64,000 nt of DNA from Chiloscyllium plagiosum (lineage: Eukaryota), in NCBI RefSeq assembly GCF_004010195.1, contig NC_057720.1:34837992-34901991 (forward strand), read 5' to 3'. The notes under the pieces are model-generated. The model ran no database searches, had not been told where the DNA came from, and was given only the letters and a program-made list of their open reading frames with translations. The translations under genes were made by a program, and so were the position numbers. This document shows positions 62,551 through 64,000 of this stretch, one piece after another (within the stretch, counting starts at the first letter, position 1; every line of letters begins with the position of its first letter).

Positions 62551-63528
62551 TAAGACAGCATTACAGGTCAATCTGGCTGAAGATTGCAATCACTTCTTGC
62601 AGTCACAATGTTTGTAGATCAAGTATTTGAATAGCAGTCAATCCCATTCAAATGTCATTTGAATAGATCCAGTGGAAGTCATAAAATTTTCCAGCTGACA
62701 TTTATGATTGGTTCCAGCAGATATATACAAAGCAGGCCATACAGGAAGCTTAGGTGGCATCATTTTGGGGACACTTGCAGGTGTGGTAAAAACTCGCAAA
62801 AATTGCTTTGGAACAGGAGCTGGCATGGATCAAATAAATACCTGTCCATCTCTTCGAAGTTGCTCATGCTGTGAGGATGAAGCAGACACTCAGCAGAGAT
62901 GATTGTTAACTTAAGGTCTTGCTGCTCTCAGGAAAACCTAAATTGTACCTAAATGAAAGCAGAGATCCTCAGGTGCTCCAAGGCAATATTATTTCCTTTG
63001 ATTATATATATGTCTGCACAATGTTGGAAACGGGTGAAATGCCCTTTGAATTTCAGTCATGGACATGCTAAAGCAAGTCTTGGAATCTTTTATTCTGGTC
63101 AAATAAATAAGTCTGGCTGTCATTGAGAAATATATATGCAAACTGCAGGTTTTTGACAGATGGCTTTTATTTTTCTCAGAGCAGATGCATTGAATTGATG
63201 TTTGCCATCTAATTTGTTCACAATATAGTCAAATATGTCTTTTCACAAATATGCTTTTTCACCATATAGTAGTGTTCATTCATTGACTAGGATTGCCTGT
63301 AGTCAAACCTCTACACTGCAGAAAAACAAATTGAATCTGCCACCATTTACATCTGCCATGACTCATTCTGCGAAAATAAATTGATAGAATACATAGACTA
63401 ACATTGCTAATATCTCCACCTAGTACCAAAATATTAACAATGTTATTAGCATGTTCAACTGATCTGTCTTTAAAATATTCAGTAACTGATCTACATATTT
63501 TGAATGAGCCTGTGCAGAAATGTTATGA

Positions 63529-63678
63529 CAGAGTTGAAAAGTGTGGCACTGGAAAAACACAGCAGGTCAGAGAGCATCCAAAGAAAAGGAGAGTCAATGT
63601 TTCAGGCATAAGCCCGGAATGTCAATGTTTCTCCTGTCCTTCGGATGCTACATGACCTGCTGTGCTTTTCCAGCACCA
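63529..63678. mobile_element. Fold-back hammerhead module (subfamily 1), degenerate
   Basis: ctggaaaaacacagcaggtcag... with inverted ...tgacctgctgtgcttttccagcacca. Confidence 0.82.
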
Positions 63679-63844
63679 ACCTTTCCTATCACCTTTAGGA
63701 GTCTCCTATGCCCGTCGGAGGTGCTCCCCACATGATCATACGTCCTCCTTTAAGCAATGTCCATTTCTCAATCCTTACACAGCTGGGGCAGCTCTCTTGG
63801 GTTCGGATTTTTCCAAGGTGAGGGCAGATACCTCCACTTTAAAT

Positions 63845-64000
63845 TAATGTTATGGGTCCAGTTTCACCCTTCTTCAGGTCACTGGTGTTCCTAAGAAGAG
63901 TCACTGAACCCGAAACATCAACTCTGCTTTCTCTCTGCACATGCTGCCAGGCCTGCTGAGTTCTTCCAGCAATTTCTGTTTTTGTTTCTGATTTCCAACA
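63845..64000. mobile_element. Hammerhead module (subfamily 2), back-to-back cores, runs off window end
   Basis: gggtccagtttcacccttcttcag (minus core) then ctaagaagagtcactgaacccgaaacatcaactctg (plus core). Confidence 0.75.

Noticed and set aside
62640..62960. Overlapping short ORFs and splice-like signals
   Set aside because: The candidate minus-strand exon has stops in all frames, and no known motif is present.

Overview
Eukaryotic, AT-rich, transposon-dense DNA. The repeat content points to a cartilaginous fish (HE1-like V-SINEs, a SacSINE1-like DeuSINE, shark-type CR1 LINEs). A carpet/bamboo shark is my guess, inferred from repeat style only. I can support no host protein-coding exon: every recognisable ORF is a fragment of a CR1, L2, Tx1/L1 or Penelope-like (PLE) retroelement. 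The window also holds a decayed tRNA-Val(CAC) and several transposon-poor islands that look like conserved non-coding enhancers. The most striking structure is a family of more than 15 short (about 70-300 bp) elements carrying a minimal hammerhead-ribozyme motif (CTGAnGA-A-stem II-GAAAC-GTH). The same module forms the 3' end of PLE fragments in this window. It also occurs alone with 8-16 bp target-site duplications, often as long fold-back hairpins with the ribozyme motif in the loop or one motif on each strand. This looks like a retrozyme-like, non-autonomous PLE satellite. A second pattern is that one CR1 family breaks repeatedly within the same ~35-nt spot, twice fused there to an inverted copy of its putative 5' leader. 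Most repeat boundaries are approximate (read by eye).
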